Part shown: positions 1-8,918 of the stretch, piece by piece
Numbering within the stretch: position 1 is the first letter of the stretch
Layout: each line of letters begins with the position of its first letter
Assembly (NCBI GenBank): GCA_038877255.1
Contig: JAVYWZ010000009.1
Span: 5,200 to 29,652 of the forward strand
Length of the DNA: 24,453 nucleotides
Reading direction: 5' to 3'
From: Candidatus Micrarchaeaceae archaeon
GTDB taxonomy: Archaea > Micrarchaeota > Micrarchaeia > Micrarchaeales > CABMGC01
The notes under the pieces: model-generated
What the model was told of the DNA's origin: nothing
The model's input: only the letters and a program-made list of their open reading frames with translations
Database searches by the model: none
Program-made: the position numbers and the translations under genes

Positions 1-232
1 GAGAAATACATAAGGACTTGTGTAAAATAAAGTGGCATGCCCAATGCAGAGAAGAACAACAGGATACGCAATAAAGGCGAGGCAACAATGCAAAGAAGTA
101 TTGCCGCTTAAGCGCAAACTCCAAAGTTGCAGATGTGGTGGAAGCCAATTCCGCAATGGCTGTGTAGTTCACTACTTGAGAAGCTTATAAACGGTGGAAA
201 GATACTAACTGAAGAAGTAAAAGGTGTGAGAG

Positions 233-778
233 ATGATAGAAATAGAAACAAAGATTGATCAGATAGACCCTGCGGAAGTCGTAAGACTGCTTACTAAGAA
301 CGGTGCAAAACTGGTCGGAAAGAAGTTATTTAGGAGATGGATCTTCAATCTTGAGGGAAAGAAAGGCGAGGATAGATTTATAAGGGTAAGAACAGACGGC
401 GATACCGCGACTCTCACGTACAAGCATAGGTCCGGAGACAGCCTTGCAAACACAGAGGAGATCGAAACTGTAGTGGAGGATTTCGATGCCGCTGCAAAAA
501 TTATCTCTGCTGTTGCTTCTGAACCGTATTACCAAGAGAGCCGCAGGACAGTTTATAGTTTAGACAATGTGGAGGTAGCGATTGATGAGTGGCCCAAACT
601 CCCACCAATCGTCGAGATAGAAGGGCAGAGCGAAGAAGATGTAAAGAAAGCAATTAGCAGGCTCGGAATAAAAGGTAGGGAACTTGGAAATATCGGGTGG
701 GAAAGGGTTTATTCTATGTACGGATTCAACCTTAGAGATTACAAAATATTAAAATTCGAAGAGGATACTAAGCGATGA
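233..778 (+). CDS. CYTH-domain protein (class IV adenylate cyclase / triphosphate tunnel metalloenzyme family)
   Basis: N-terminal ExExK motif (IEIETK), RVR..G..TLTYK, EEIE, later IDEWP..VEIEG; AGGTG SD-like site upstream. Confidence 0.9.
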   Translation: MIEIETKIDQIDPAEVVRLLTKNGAKLVGKKLFRRWIFNLEGKKGEDRFIRVRTDGDTATLTYKHRSGDSLANTEEIETVVEDFDAAAKIISAVASEPYYQESRRTVYSLDNVEVAIDEWPKLPPIVEIEGQSEEDVKKAISRLGIKGRELGNIGWERVYSMYGFNLRDYKILKFEEDTKR

Positions 779-779
779 T

Positions 780-930
780 ATGTTTCACGATGTGTGTGGT
801 ACTCTGCTAAAAACAGAAAGTAGACGGCAAAGAGGAATATCGCTGCCCAGCGTGCAAGGTATCGATTGAACTAAAGGATTCACTGAGAAAAGAAGACGAA
901 AGAGTACTATATAAGTGTGGCAAATGCTAA
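780..930 (+). pseudogene. Frameshifted zinc-ribbon ORF resembling a truncated transcription factor S / RpoM
   Basis: ATG 780 gives MFHDVCGTLLK; after a +1 shift in the A5 run (809-813) it reads QKVDGKEEYRCPACK...RKEDERVLYKCGKC* (TAA 928-930). Confidence 0.5.
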
Positions 931-935
931 TACAT

Positions 936-1685
936 TCATGCTATTACGCGTGCCTTTGAGAATGAATACGCGCCAAGGCTTAGCATTCCTATTGCTATTG
1001 CTCCCAATACCATTGCATCTACCCAAATAGGGAATACTGATGCATTCATTAGTGCACCGCGCATGCCGTCAACACCATAAGTTAGAGGATTTACGTATGT
1101 TATGTAACGCACGATCTTAGGCAGTGCGTCTACAGGGTAGATGGCGCCGGAGAGAAAGAAGAGTGGGAATATTAGCAGGTTAAGTATTAGTCCGAAACCC
1201 TGCATATCAGTCATTATAGACGCAAGCACCAACCCAAGGGATATGAATACAAACCCTATGAGCAGCATAAAGCCAAAAGTCACTAACAGGCCCGCTATGC
1301 TTGACACATGAAAACCTATGAACAATGCGAATATTATCAGCAACAGGCTCTGCAGGAATGCAGTGGTTATGCCGCCGAATGTTCTGCCAAGCATAATGCT
1401 TATGCGTTTTACAGGAGCGACCATTACCTCTTTAAGGAACCCGAATTGCCTGTCCCACAGCAGCGATATGCCTGCGGTAGTTGCCGCGAATAGCATGGAC
1501 ATGCCCAATATGCCTGGCACTAAAAAGTCTATATAGCTAAACCCGGCAGGCAGCCCTGGAAATTTTACGCTGCTGAACCCAGCTCCAAGAAATATCAGAA
1601 AAAGAAAAGGCATTGCAACTGATCCTATGATCTGCGAAGGTGACCTTTCGAATCTCTTCATTGCGCGAAGCCACAGAACATACAT
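936..1685 (-). CDS. ABC-2 type transporter permease (DrrB-like)
   Basis: About 6 TM segments, DRQFGFLKEVMVAP and FLSGAIYP..NPLTYGVD motifs, directly downstream of an ABC ATPase. Confidence 0.93.
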   Translation of the reverse strand: MYVLWLRAMKRFERSPSQIIGSVAMPFLFLIFLGAGFSSVKFPGLPAGFSYIDFLVPGILGMSMLFAATTAGISLLWDRQFGFLKEVMVAPVKRISIMLGRTFGGITTAFLQSLLLIIFALFIGFHVSSIAGLLVTFGFMLLIGFVFISLGLVLASIMTDMQGFGLILNLLIFPLFFLSGAIYPVDALPKIVRYITYVNPLTYGVDGMRGALMNASVFPIWVDAMVLGAIAIGMLSLGAYSFSKARVIA

Positions 1686-1710
1686 TGCCGCTAAGTCTTT
1701 ATTCGTGCAC

Positions 1711-2709
1711 TTACCTCATTCTGCTTCGCATGATGCCGCGCATGCGCTCGTTTCCCTCAGCCTCAGAATCCCTTATGCTTTTCCCTGTATAATATATGAA
1801 CACATCCTCCAGGCTAGGCTTGTGTATTTCCACGCTCGCCACTTTTATGTTAGACTTGTACGCAATGTTCATTATTTTGGGCAGCGTAGATTCGGCGTCT
1901 TTAACATAAATATACAGCGTGACGTTGTCTTCCTTGGTTGTTTTAACAAGCTTTTCGGTTTTTAGCTTATTTGAAAACGCGCTGGCCTCTGAAGCAGAGG
2001 AAAATTTAGCTATTACCGCATCGCCCTCCAGCTTCTTTTTGAGCTGTTCAGGGGTATCACATGCAACTATCTTGCCATGGTCTATTATCGCCACTCTGTT
2101 GCATACGTAATCAGCTTCTTCTATGTAGTGCGTTGTTACCAACACTGTGATTCCATATTTCTTGTTTAAGTTCTTTATATAGTCCAATATGTGCCTTCTC
2201 GTCTGCGCGTCAAGCCCTATCGTAGGCTCATCTAGAAACAGAACCTTTGGCTGGTTTAGAAGACCGCGCGCTATTTCCAATCTGCGCCTCATTCCGCCGG
2301 AATATTTCTGAACGAGCAGGTGGGCTTTGTCGGACAGCTCCACCATATCAAGCATCTCAGCAATCCTCTTCTTCCTTTCTGCTTTTCTTATTCCGTATAT
2401 CGTTGCGTGGAAATCAAGGTTTTCATATCCTGTCAATCGATCATCAAGCGACGGATCCTGAAACACTATGCCTATGCTATTGCGCACATTCTCTTTATCT
2501 TTTGATATATCAAAGCCTGCCACTGTGGCATCGCCGCTGGTCTTATCTATTATAGTAGTGAGCATGTGCACTGTTGTTGTCTTGCCCGCGCCGTTAGGGC
2601 CGAGGAATCCGAATATCTCGCCGCTTTTGACATTAAATGATATGTTGTCTACAGCAGTAAAGTTGCCGTATTTCTTGCTAAGGGCTTTTACCGTTATTGA
2701 ATCTGTCAA
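1711..2709 (-). CDS. ABC transporter ATP-binding protein (DrrA-like)
   Basis: Walker A GPNGAGKTT, signature YSGGM, Walker B LFLDEP, H-loop TTH; probable TTG start at 2709 after GGGGAT (ORF track starts at 2751). Confidence 0.95.
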   Translation of the reverse strand: MTDSITVKALSKKYGNFTAVDNISFNVKSGEIFGFLGPNGAGKTTTVHMLTTIIDKTSGDATVAGFDISKDKENVRNSIGIVFQDPSLDDRLTGYENLDFHATIYGIRKAERKKRIAEMLDMVELSDKAHLLVQKYSGGMRRRLEIARGLLNQPKVLFLDEPTIGLDAQTRRHILDYIKNLNKKYGITVLVTTHYIEEADYVCNRVAIIDHGKIVACDTPEQLKKKLEGDAVIAKFSSASEASAFSNKLKTEKLVKTTKEDNVTLYIYVKDAESTLPKIMNIAYKSNIKVASVEIHKPSLEDVFIYYTGKSIRDSEAEGNERMRGIMRSRMR

Positions 2710-2776
2710 GTTATCCCCATGCTGCTTTGGGGCACAGACCCCAACTAACATTATCTGTGCCTTTTCTGTTTTGCTT

Positions 2777-4465
2777 TTAATTGAGCTGTTTCATTTCTTC
2801 ATATTCTGTTATTTTTTGGGTTTCGTGGTTTAAGCCGTAACGCTTTGCTTTTTCTATATCAACGCCGCTCTTCTTTGCAAAGCGCTCTATTAGCTTAAGT
2901 ATAAGAATACCGCCGAAGGTTATGGCGCTGAATACGCCCGCCCTCACCACTGGGTTGTTTCTTCTGCTCTCGATCCTGGCGTCACGCAACGCCATCTTTG
3001 CAAGGTGCCTATAGCTTGCGTAATACACCGCAAATTGCGCCTGCGTTAATTGCAGGTTTGTAAAACCTCTGCTCTTTATCATACCCATTGGCACGTTTTG
3101 CATAGGCGTTACAGTAAACTCAAAAGGCCTACCGTCGATATACGAGTTGCTGAGCTGGTTTATAAGCGCAACTGTGTCCCAGTTGTCATCATCAGTTTCT
3201 TCTGCTTGGCCGACCTGCACAGTAAACGCAGGACGCCACCAATACTTGTTATAGTTTCTAGTGCCTTTCCACACAATCTCCTTCCAAGTGCCATCTGGGC
3301 CTATTCTCAATGGCAATGTTTTATTCGGCATGTGCCTTTGGGCAAGCTTGTCGCTTCCTGTTTCCACACCAACCTGTACGCCTATCCAATTGTCTGGACC
3401 TGCTTTCATGATATTTGAAAGCTTCTCTATGAGCTCAGGATACGCTGCAGGTATAGATACGCGCGCATGCGTAGGATTTGTCCTAGTGATGCCAGGAGTT
3501 GACATTACCGCGGTGAAAAGTTCTACAAGCGCATCTTCGTTGGGCTCGAACCTCGCATTTAGGTGCTTGTACCCGAAGACCTCATCAGTATGAAGCCATG
3601 CATTGTGTATGCCTGCAGCAACATTAACCTTTATCTCGCGCAATATCTTATCTATTGGGTAGTATCGCAGAGGCCTCAACGTTACCTCGCAGAAGTCGCA
3701 GCCTATGCCACAACCGCGCATGATTTCAGTTAGACCAAGGACAGAAGGTCCTACAATTTCAGGTATTTCTTCTATTGGCGGAGCTGTCCTATATATCTGC
3801 TTGCGAACTATGAACTTGCTATGCGGTACAAAGGTTCTGCGGAAGTTATCATCAATGAACAGATAGCCTTCGAAGAATTCGCTGCTATCGAAAGAGCCTT
3901 TTGAAACCTGCTCGAACAAATCAGCGGCTATGTCGTCAACCTCGCCCTGGAATGCGTAGTCTATTCCTTCGTTATCGAGCTCTTCTGGTCTAACTGTAAA
4001 ATCCCAAACACCAGGCCCGCCGACAAGTAGCTTCGCTTTCTTGCCTCTCCTTGCCGCATTTATTCTTTTGATAAGCGTTTCCCATTCGACCTGAACCCAC
4101 GGCTTGCCTTTGAGCCCTAGAAGCACGTTGTAGGACATTGTCAGAGGGCCAAGCCCTAACGGATCCATTGTTGATACTGCAATTACCTCTGTGTCATTAG
4201 TTATGAACTTCTCTATGTAATTTTGATGCGCCACAACAACATCTTCCCTTTTGTTGCGTTTGAGCAGCGCAGCCTCAAGCTTTCTTATAGAATATGGCGC
4301 CAACTTCGCCTCGCCGTTTGGCAACGCCGGGAATGGAGCACCTTTCAGAAAGTAGTAAATCGGTTTGGGTACTGAATCAGGAGCACTTGGCAGAAACTGC
4401 AACAAAGGGAAATTTCTGAACGGCGAAGTAAGACTTGTATCAGATATCAGCACATATTTTGCCAT
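2777..4465 (-). CDS. Radical SAM protein, B12-binding-domain-type family
   Basis: CxxxCxxC (RGCGIGCDFC), upstream LVGGPG and FQGE motifs, GVETG; likely ATG start at 4465. Confidence 0.85.
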   Translation of the reverse strand: MAKYVLISDTSLTSPFRNFPLLQFLPSAPDSVPKPIYYFLKGAPFPALPNGEAKLAPYSIRKLEAALLKRNKREDVVVAHQNYIEKFITNDTEVIAVSTMDPLGLGPLTMSYNVLLGLKGKPWVQVEWETLIKRINAARRGKKAKLLVGGPGVWDFTVRPEELDNEGIDYAFQGEVDDIAADLFEQVSKGSFDSSEFFEGYLFIDDNFRRTFVPHSKFIVRKQIYRTAPPIEEIPEIVGPSVLGLTEIMRGCGIGCDFCEVTLRPLRYYPIDKILREIKVNVAAGIHNAWLHTDEVFGYKHLNARFEPNEDALVELFTAVMSTPGITRTNPTHARVSIPAAYPELIEKLSNIMKAGPDNWIGVQVGVETGSDKLAQRHMPNKTLPLRIGPDGTWKEIVWKGTRNYNKYWWRPAFTVQVGQAEETDDDNWDTVALINQLSNSYIDGRPFEFTVTPMQNVPMGMIKSRGFTNLQLTQAQFAVYYASYRHLAKMALRDARIESRRNNPVVRAGVFSAITFGGILILKLIERFAKKSGVDIEKAKRYGLNHETQKITEYEEMKQLN

Positions 4466-4532
4466 TATATCAGCTAACAATTCATCATATAACTGAGTGT
4501 TAAATAATCTTTACGTAAAACATTTATAAAGT

Positions 4533-4874
4533 TTATTGACTATGCTTTTCAGTGTTTATGGGTTTTTGCGCAGTGTTTTGTTTCTCCCCGTTATCCGGTT
4601 TCTGTTGCGTATCTGATGCTGCTTCTTTCAGGTAAAGATTTGCGGTTGCCTTGCCTGCCTTCATATCGATGCTCAACTTCAACTGCCTGGGGTTCTGAAC
4701 CAAATATGCGATTATGTACCTGTTCAGCGCGGCAGAGAACTTAACATTTTCAGGCCTTAGTTTGAGTCTGCGTGCGATCTCGCCTTTTACGTATGCGCTG
4801 GCCTGCTTGCGCCTCCTGCTCTTATGCAATGGCCTGAGCTTCTTTGCCATGTCTAGTGTTATTATTGTTGCCAT
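4533..4874 (-). CDS. rpl31e: 50S ribosomal protein L31e (divergent)
   Basis: Basic protein with R..R.K.A...V...IAR...NVK....LN pattern; position directly after rpl39e matches the conserved archaeal gene order. Confidence 0.75.
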   Translation of the reverse strand: MATIITLDMAKKLRPLHKSRRRKQASAYVKGEIARRLKLRPENVKFSAALNRYIIAYLVQNPRQLKLSIDMKAGKATANLYLKEAASDTQQKPDNGEKQNTAQKPINTEKHSQ

Positions 4875-4878
4875 TGAA

Positions 4879-5037
4879 TCATTCCTTTATCTTTAGCTTT
4901 TTGTGGCGCCAGTCACGTTGGAACTTGTTGTTGCTTATGCGCCTGTGCGTTCTTATTATCGCAAGAACAGGTATGCGCCTGTTGCGCTTTAGCTGCTTGC
5001 CAAGCATTAACTTCTTCCTGAAATTCTTCTTGCTCAT
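4879..5037 (-). CDS. rpl39e: 50S ribosomal protein L39e (not in the ORF track)
   Basis: Manual translation MSKKNFRKKLMLGKQLKRNRRIPVLAIIRTHRRISNNKFQRDWRHKKLKIKE (52 aa) with NRRIP and R.WR motifs; AGGTG SD upstream. Confidence 0.95.
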   Translation of the reverse strand: MSKKNFRKKLMLGKQLKRNRRIPVLAIIRTHRRISNNKFQRDWRHKKLKIKE

Positions 5038-5045
5038 AATTGCAC

Positions 5046-5357
5046 CTATTTGTGCTTTATCTGAATAGAAGACTCTGGCCTAGATATAATCTGCTGCAAA
5101 AGCTTCTTGAAATTTTCTTCGGAGATGCGGTCGCTGATCTTGTTGCTCTGTGCCATCGCAATTAGCAGATCAAGCAGCTGGCTGTAAAGCTCAGGGTTTG
5201 CAACGCGTATGTTCATGAGCCTTTCATATGCTCCTGGTTCGAGTATCTTTCTTATTATCTGCTTTTTCTGTTCTTCAAGTTGCATCGCTCTCAACCTTTT
5301 CTGTATTGCCTTCTGCGCTGCATCATTTTCATTGTTTTCTGTGCTAGCCTCTTGCAT
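5046..5357 (-). CDS. PDCD5-like (TFAR19) DNA-binding protein
   Basis: ILEPGAYERLMNIRVANPE motif; lies between rps19e and rpl39e as in other archaea; likely start MQEAS at 5357. Confidence 0.92.
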   Translation of the reverse strand: MQEASTENNENDAAQKAIQKRLRAMQLEEQKKQIIRKILEPGAYERLMNIRVANPELYSQLLDLLIAMAQSNKISDRISEENFKKLLQQIISRPESSIQIKHK

Positions 5358-5361
5358 TGTC

Positions 5362-5778
5362 TCACGTTTTGGCAAGCTCATTGGCTGTTTTGTCGAGCAG
5401 CGACCTGCCTTTTGGCGTTATTATCCTGCCGCTCTTTGTTTTAGCAACATAGCCAAGCCTTTCAAGAGAGTTAAGTGAATCTGTAAGAATGCTGCCGCTT
5501 GCTTTGTAATGATGGTGTTTGATGACGCTCCTGTGCTTTTTTCTGTTACCAAAATATGTGCGGAGCCGAGAAATGCCGACTGGACCATTGATGTAAATAC
5601 GCCTGAGCAGAGAAGCCGAACGCACATACCAAAAGTCCTCGTTACTTGGAACCCGTTCCCTGCCGGCACCGCTTTTGACCAAGCCAATATATTCTGGTTT
5701 TGCAAGATTCTGCTCCTTAAGCTTCTTTGCAACTTCTTCAACGAGCCTTTGCGCATCTACTTCATATATATTTGACAT
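5362..5778 (-). CDS. rps19e: 30S ribosomal protein S19e
   Basis: VKSG...ERVP...FWYVRSASLLRRIY..GPVG and GRIITPKGRSLLD motifs; start MSNIY at 5778 after AGGTG. Confidence 0.97.
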   Translation of the reverse strand: MSNIYEVDAQRLVEEVAKKLKEQNLAKPEYIGLVKSGAGRERVPSNEDFWYVRSASLLRRIYINGPVGISRLRTYFGNRKKHRSVIKHHHYKASGSILTDSLNSLERLGYVAKTKSGRIITPKGRSLLDKTANELAKT

Positions 5779-5922
5779 TCTTGCACCTGATTGCATCTAA
5801 AAGCAATAAATATAAACTTATTATTAGAAAAGAATATTTATATATGCATTTTTGCATAAGCATGTCGGCAAGAACAAAGAAGGTGCTATTGCAGGCTCAA
5901 AATGCATGAGCATAGTGGTAAA

Positions 5923-6186
5923 ATGCCAATAAATGTAATAGAAGATGAGCAGAAGAGCGTTGTGCTAGAATTTGACGGCATCGACAGGAGTGTTGCTGAA
6001 TTAATAGCAAGAAAACTTCTTGAGAGCAAAAGCGTTGATTTTGCTAGCGTTGAAAAGGAGCGACTAGAGGCAAGCAAATCTAGGCTAGTGGTAAAGGGAG
6101 ATAAGCCCAAGGCAGCAATGCAGAAGGTGCTCGAGCAATTGCAAAAAGAAGTTGATGAAATAAAGGACCGAATGCCGAAAAAATGA
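5923..6186 (+). CDS. rpoL: DNA-directed RNA polymerase subunit L (Rpo11), divergent
   Basis: Size and pattern (INVIE....VLEFDG.D.SVA..I...LLE...VDFA, C-terminal helix) match RpoL; adjacent to DUF99; the usual HT/HP motifs are altered. Confidence 0.8.
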   Translation: MPINVIEDEQKSVVLEFDGIDRSVAELIARKLLESKSVDFASVEKERLEASKSRLVVKGDKPKAAMQKVLEQLQKEVDEIKDRMPKK

Positions 6187-6190
6187 GCGC

Positions 6191-6748
6191 ATGAAGCCTG
6201 GCGTACGCATATTGGCACTTGATGATTCAAGCTTCAGCAAGCGAGACAGGAAGGCAAGAATTGTAGGCATGATAGGCAGGCAAGGCACAGTAGAGGGCGC
6301 ACTCTCTTATTTTATAAGCGTAGACGGCAATGACGCAACAGAAAAGACCATAAACGCAATACGTGGCTCAAGGTTTGCAAACCAAATAAAGCTTGTTGCG
6401 CTACAGAGTATTCTCTTTGCAGGTCTCAACATAATGGACATGCTACAAATAAAGAAAGAGCTTAATGTAGAAGTAGTGGCAATTACAAGGAAAAAGCCGA
6501 GAAATGACATGCTGCTAAAAGCGATTAAAGCGGCAGGCGTAAAAGACATGGAAAAAAGGGAGCAAGCATTGCGAAACATTTCAGCGCACGTAGATTCATA
6601 TTTTCTGAAAGGAGTTTACACAAAGTGCACAAAGGGAATAGGCAGGAAAGATTTAGAGGTGCTGTTGCCTGAGATGCTTTCTTTAATAAGGCTTGCGCAC
6701 ATAGTAGCTACGGCAGTCTCTGCTGGTGAATCAGGCGGTGCGCAGTAG
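6191..6748 (+). CDS. DUF99 / UPF0215 family endonuclease V-like protein
   Basis: MKPGVRILALDDS, ISVDGNDAT, I.FAGLNI.D, RLAH motifs. Confidence 0.88.
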   Translation: MKPGVRILALDDSSFSKRDRKARIVGMIGRQGTVEGALSYFISVDGNDATEKTINAIRGSRFANQIKLVALQSILFAGLNIMDMLQIKKELNVEVVAITRKKPRNDMLLKAIKAAGVKDMEKREQALRNISAHVDSYFLKGVYTKCTKGIGRKDLEVLLPEMLSLIRLAHIVATAVSAGESGGAQ

Positions 6749-6997
6749 CTCCTTTAATGCATCATTAATCTCTTTTTCTAAGCCTTTACTTTTCATGAAT
6801 ATTTTTATGTCTTCTAGCTCATTATTAATGTCATAGACGCCGTTGATAGAACTTGCCAAAGCAGGATGCTTTGATATTAACTCTTCAATTTGCTTAAGCA
6901 TTTCACTGTTGTGTGGCTCTCGGTGGTACGCGCTGAGCACAATAAAACTAGCGCGCTCTACATCCTCTTTCCTCTCAACGGTTGTGACGTTTGACAT
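6731..6997 (-). CDS. Hypothetical protein (88 aa)
   Basis: Protein-like composition, TTTATAA box about 27 nt upstream on the minus strand; no family recognised. Confidence 0.65.
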   Translation of the reverse strand: MSNVTTVERKEDVERASFIVLSAYHREPHNSEMLKQIEELISKHPALASSINGVYDINNELEDIKIFMKSKGLEKEINDALKELLRTA

Positions 6998-7267
6998 GCA
7001 ATCGATAAATGGTTATAATCCTATACTTATAAACGTTTTCATTTTTTGCTTGCAGCTAAACGAAAAAGGAAATGAACAAACAGTGTTAAAGCCTATGGCG
7101 CATAGGCAATGAGAAATAGCATTAGCAATAGCTATTGGCAAATGCTCGCATGTGCCGCTACAAAATCAGCTTGTTTTGTGCCATATGAACGGTGTAGATT
7201 TGCTGCACCTTACTAGTGAACTATGCTGCACTTATGGGCTATGCTTCTTCCGCTTCTACAGCGAATG

Positions 7268-7275
7268 TTTATTAA
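7268..7275 (+). promoter_or_regulatory. Probable TATA box of the 16S transcript
   Basis: TTTATTAA about 45 nt upstream of the processing stem. Confidence 0.5.
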
Positions 7276-7320
7276 TCTTTACCGCAAAATTAGTATTGTG
7301 AAAATTGCTTAGGCAATTAG

Positions 7321-7351
7321 ATTTAGTCTTGAGGAACGCAAACAGATTGCG
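7321..7351 (+). other. 5' arm of the pre-16S processing stem (BHB)
   Basis: ATTTAGTCTTGAGGA-ACGC-AAA(bulge)-CAGATTGCG pairs with 9376-9406. Confidence 0.92.
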
Positions 7352-8429
7352 AACCTGCAATTGCTTGCTTACGATTAACTCCAGTCGATGCTGCTGGAGG
7401 ACACTGCTATCGGATTTCGGCAGCCATGCAAGTCTGCCGGGCGGCTTCGCCCGACGGCGTACGGCTCAGTAACGCGTAGCTAACCTAACGTAGAGAACGG
7501 GATAACCTCGCGAAAGTGAGGATAATACCGTATAAACTACTGCAACTGGAATGTGCTGTAGTTAAAAAAGCCTGCGAAATGCAGCAGGTCTGCTCTACGA
7601 TGGGGCTGCGTCAGATCAGGCAGATGGCGGGGTAAAGGCCCACCATACCTTTGACCTGTAGGGGATGTGGGAGCAGAAGCCCCGAGAAGGGCACTGAGAC
7701 AAGGGCCCTAGCGCTACGGCGTGCAGCAGGCGCGAAACCTCCACAATGTGCGAAAGCATGATGGGGGGAATCCGAGTGGCATACTTTTAGTATGCCTTTT
7801 GCCAAGTCTTAACAACTTGGAGAATAAGTGCTGGGTAAGTCCGGTGGCAGCCGCCACGGTAATACCGGCGGCGCTAGTGGTGTCCGCGATTATTGGGCTT
7901 AAAGGGCCAGTAGCCTGTTGGAACCGTCCTGTGTGAAATGTTTGCTCTTAAAGCAAACGCGGGCATAGGATACCTTCCGGCTAGGGAGTGGGAGAGGTCA
8001 AGGGTACTTATGGGGTAGGGGTAAAATCCTGTAATCCTATAAGGACCACCTGTGGCGAAGGCGCTTGACCAGAACACATCCGACGGTGAGTGGCGAAGGC
8101 TAGGAGAACAAATCGGATTAGATACCCGAGTAGCCCTAGCAGTAAATGATGCAGACTCTGGTGTTGCTTTTGCTTCGGCAACGGCAGTACCGTAGAAAAA
8201 TTGGTAAGTCTGCCGCCTGGGGAGTACGGTCGCAAGATTAAAACTTAAAGCAATTGGCGGGGGAGCACCACAAGGGGTGGATGTTCTGGTTTAATTGAAC
8301 ACTACATCGGAAATATTACCTGGAGCGACGGCAGTATGAAGGTCAGGCTAAAGACCTTACTAGATGAGCCGAGAGGTGGTGCATGGCGATCGTCAGCTCG
8401 TGGTGTGAACTGTCCGGTTAAGTCCGGTA

Positions 8430-8918
8430 TGCGGTTGAGTGAAGCTATGAAAATAAGACTCGATAAAGAAATGTGTTATTTTGCCGGCATGCAGAGCAAA
8501 TGGGAAGGCGAAGCTAATTCGCTTGGCATTTGCACAGGCAATGCAGACATACAGCAGAGATTTGTGGAATTGGCAATAAAGAAGCTTGGCGTAAGTGCTG
8601 AAAAGATAAAGCTTGATGGCTCTTGCGCTTATTTCTATAACTCTGGAATAGCAAAGCAGATAAAAAAAGTAATCGCTAAACAGCTAAGGCTCTTTGGCAA
8701 GCAAGGCGAGAATTCTGCAAGCTATATTGCTGGCATGCTCGACGGTGCAGGCAAGATAACACACAAAGGGATTTACATGCGCTTAAGCAGCGCAGATGCA
8801 CTGTTGTTGGAGTTGCTTGGTGTGCACACAAAAGATGGGTATGTGCTTAACGCAAGCAAGCTCATAATGCTTACAAAGCCTTATAGCGTCTTATTGAGCG
8901 GCATTCGACTGCCCGGTA
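8430..8918 (+). mobile_element. Archaeal BHB-type 16S rRNA intron, 489 nt, at about E. coli position 1101/1102
   Basis: 11-bp terminal stem (8431-8441/8902-8912), CCGG/CCGG 4-bp helix, 3-nt bulges TAT and TAA; cutting after the second bulge base restores GTTAAGTCCGGTA|ACGAGCGAG. Confidence 0.95.

Noticed and set aside
1..190. Partial gene at the window start
   Set aside because: Several short open frames on both strands, none recognisable; cannot choose one.
7040..7260. Hairpins (GCCTATG/CATAGGC, GGTGTAG/CTGCACC) and a 35-codon ORF upstream of the 16S
   Set aside because: Isolated short stems with no consistent architecture or family motif.
7611..8235. Short ORFs on both strands within the 16S
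   Set aside because: Chance frames in rRNA.
8336..8428. N-terminal extension of the 200-aa ORF in the track
   Set aside because: It is translated 16S exon sequence; the plausible starts are 8447 or the junction ATG at 8429.
8430..8918. Self-splicing group I or II intron
   Set aside because: Almost entirely ORF with no room for a ribozyme core; the ends form a BHB-type motif.
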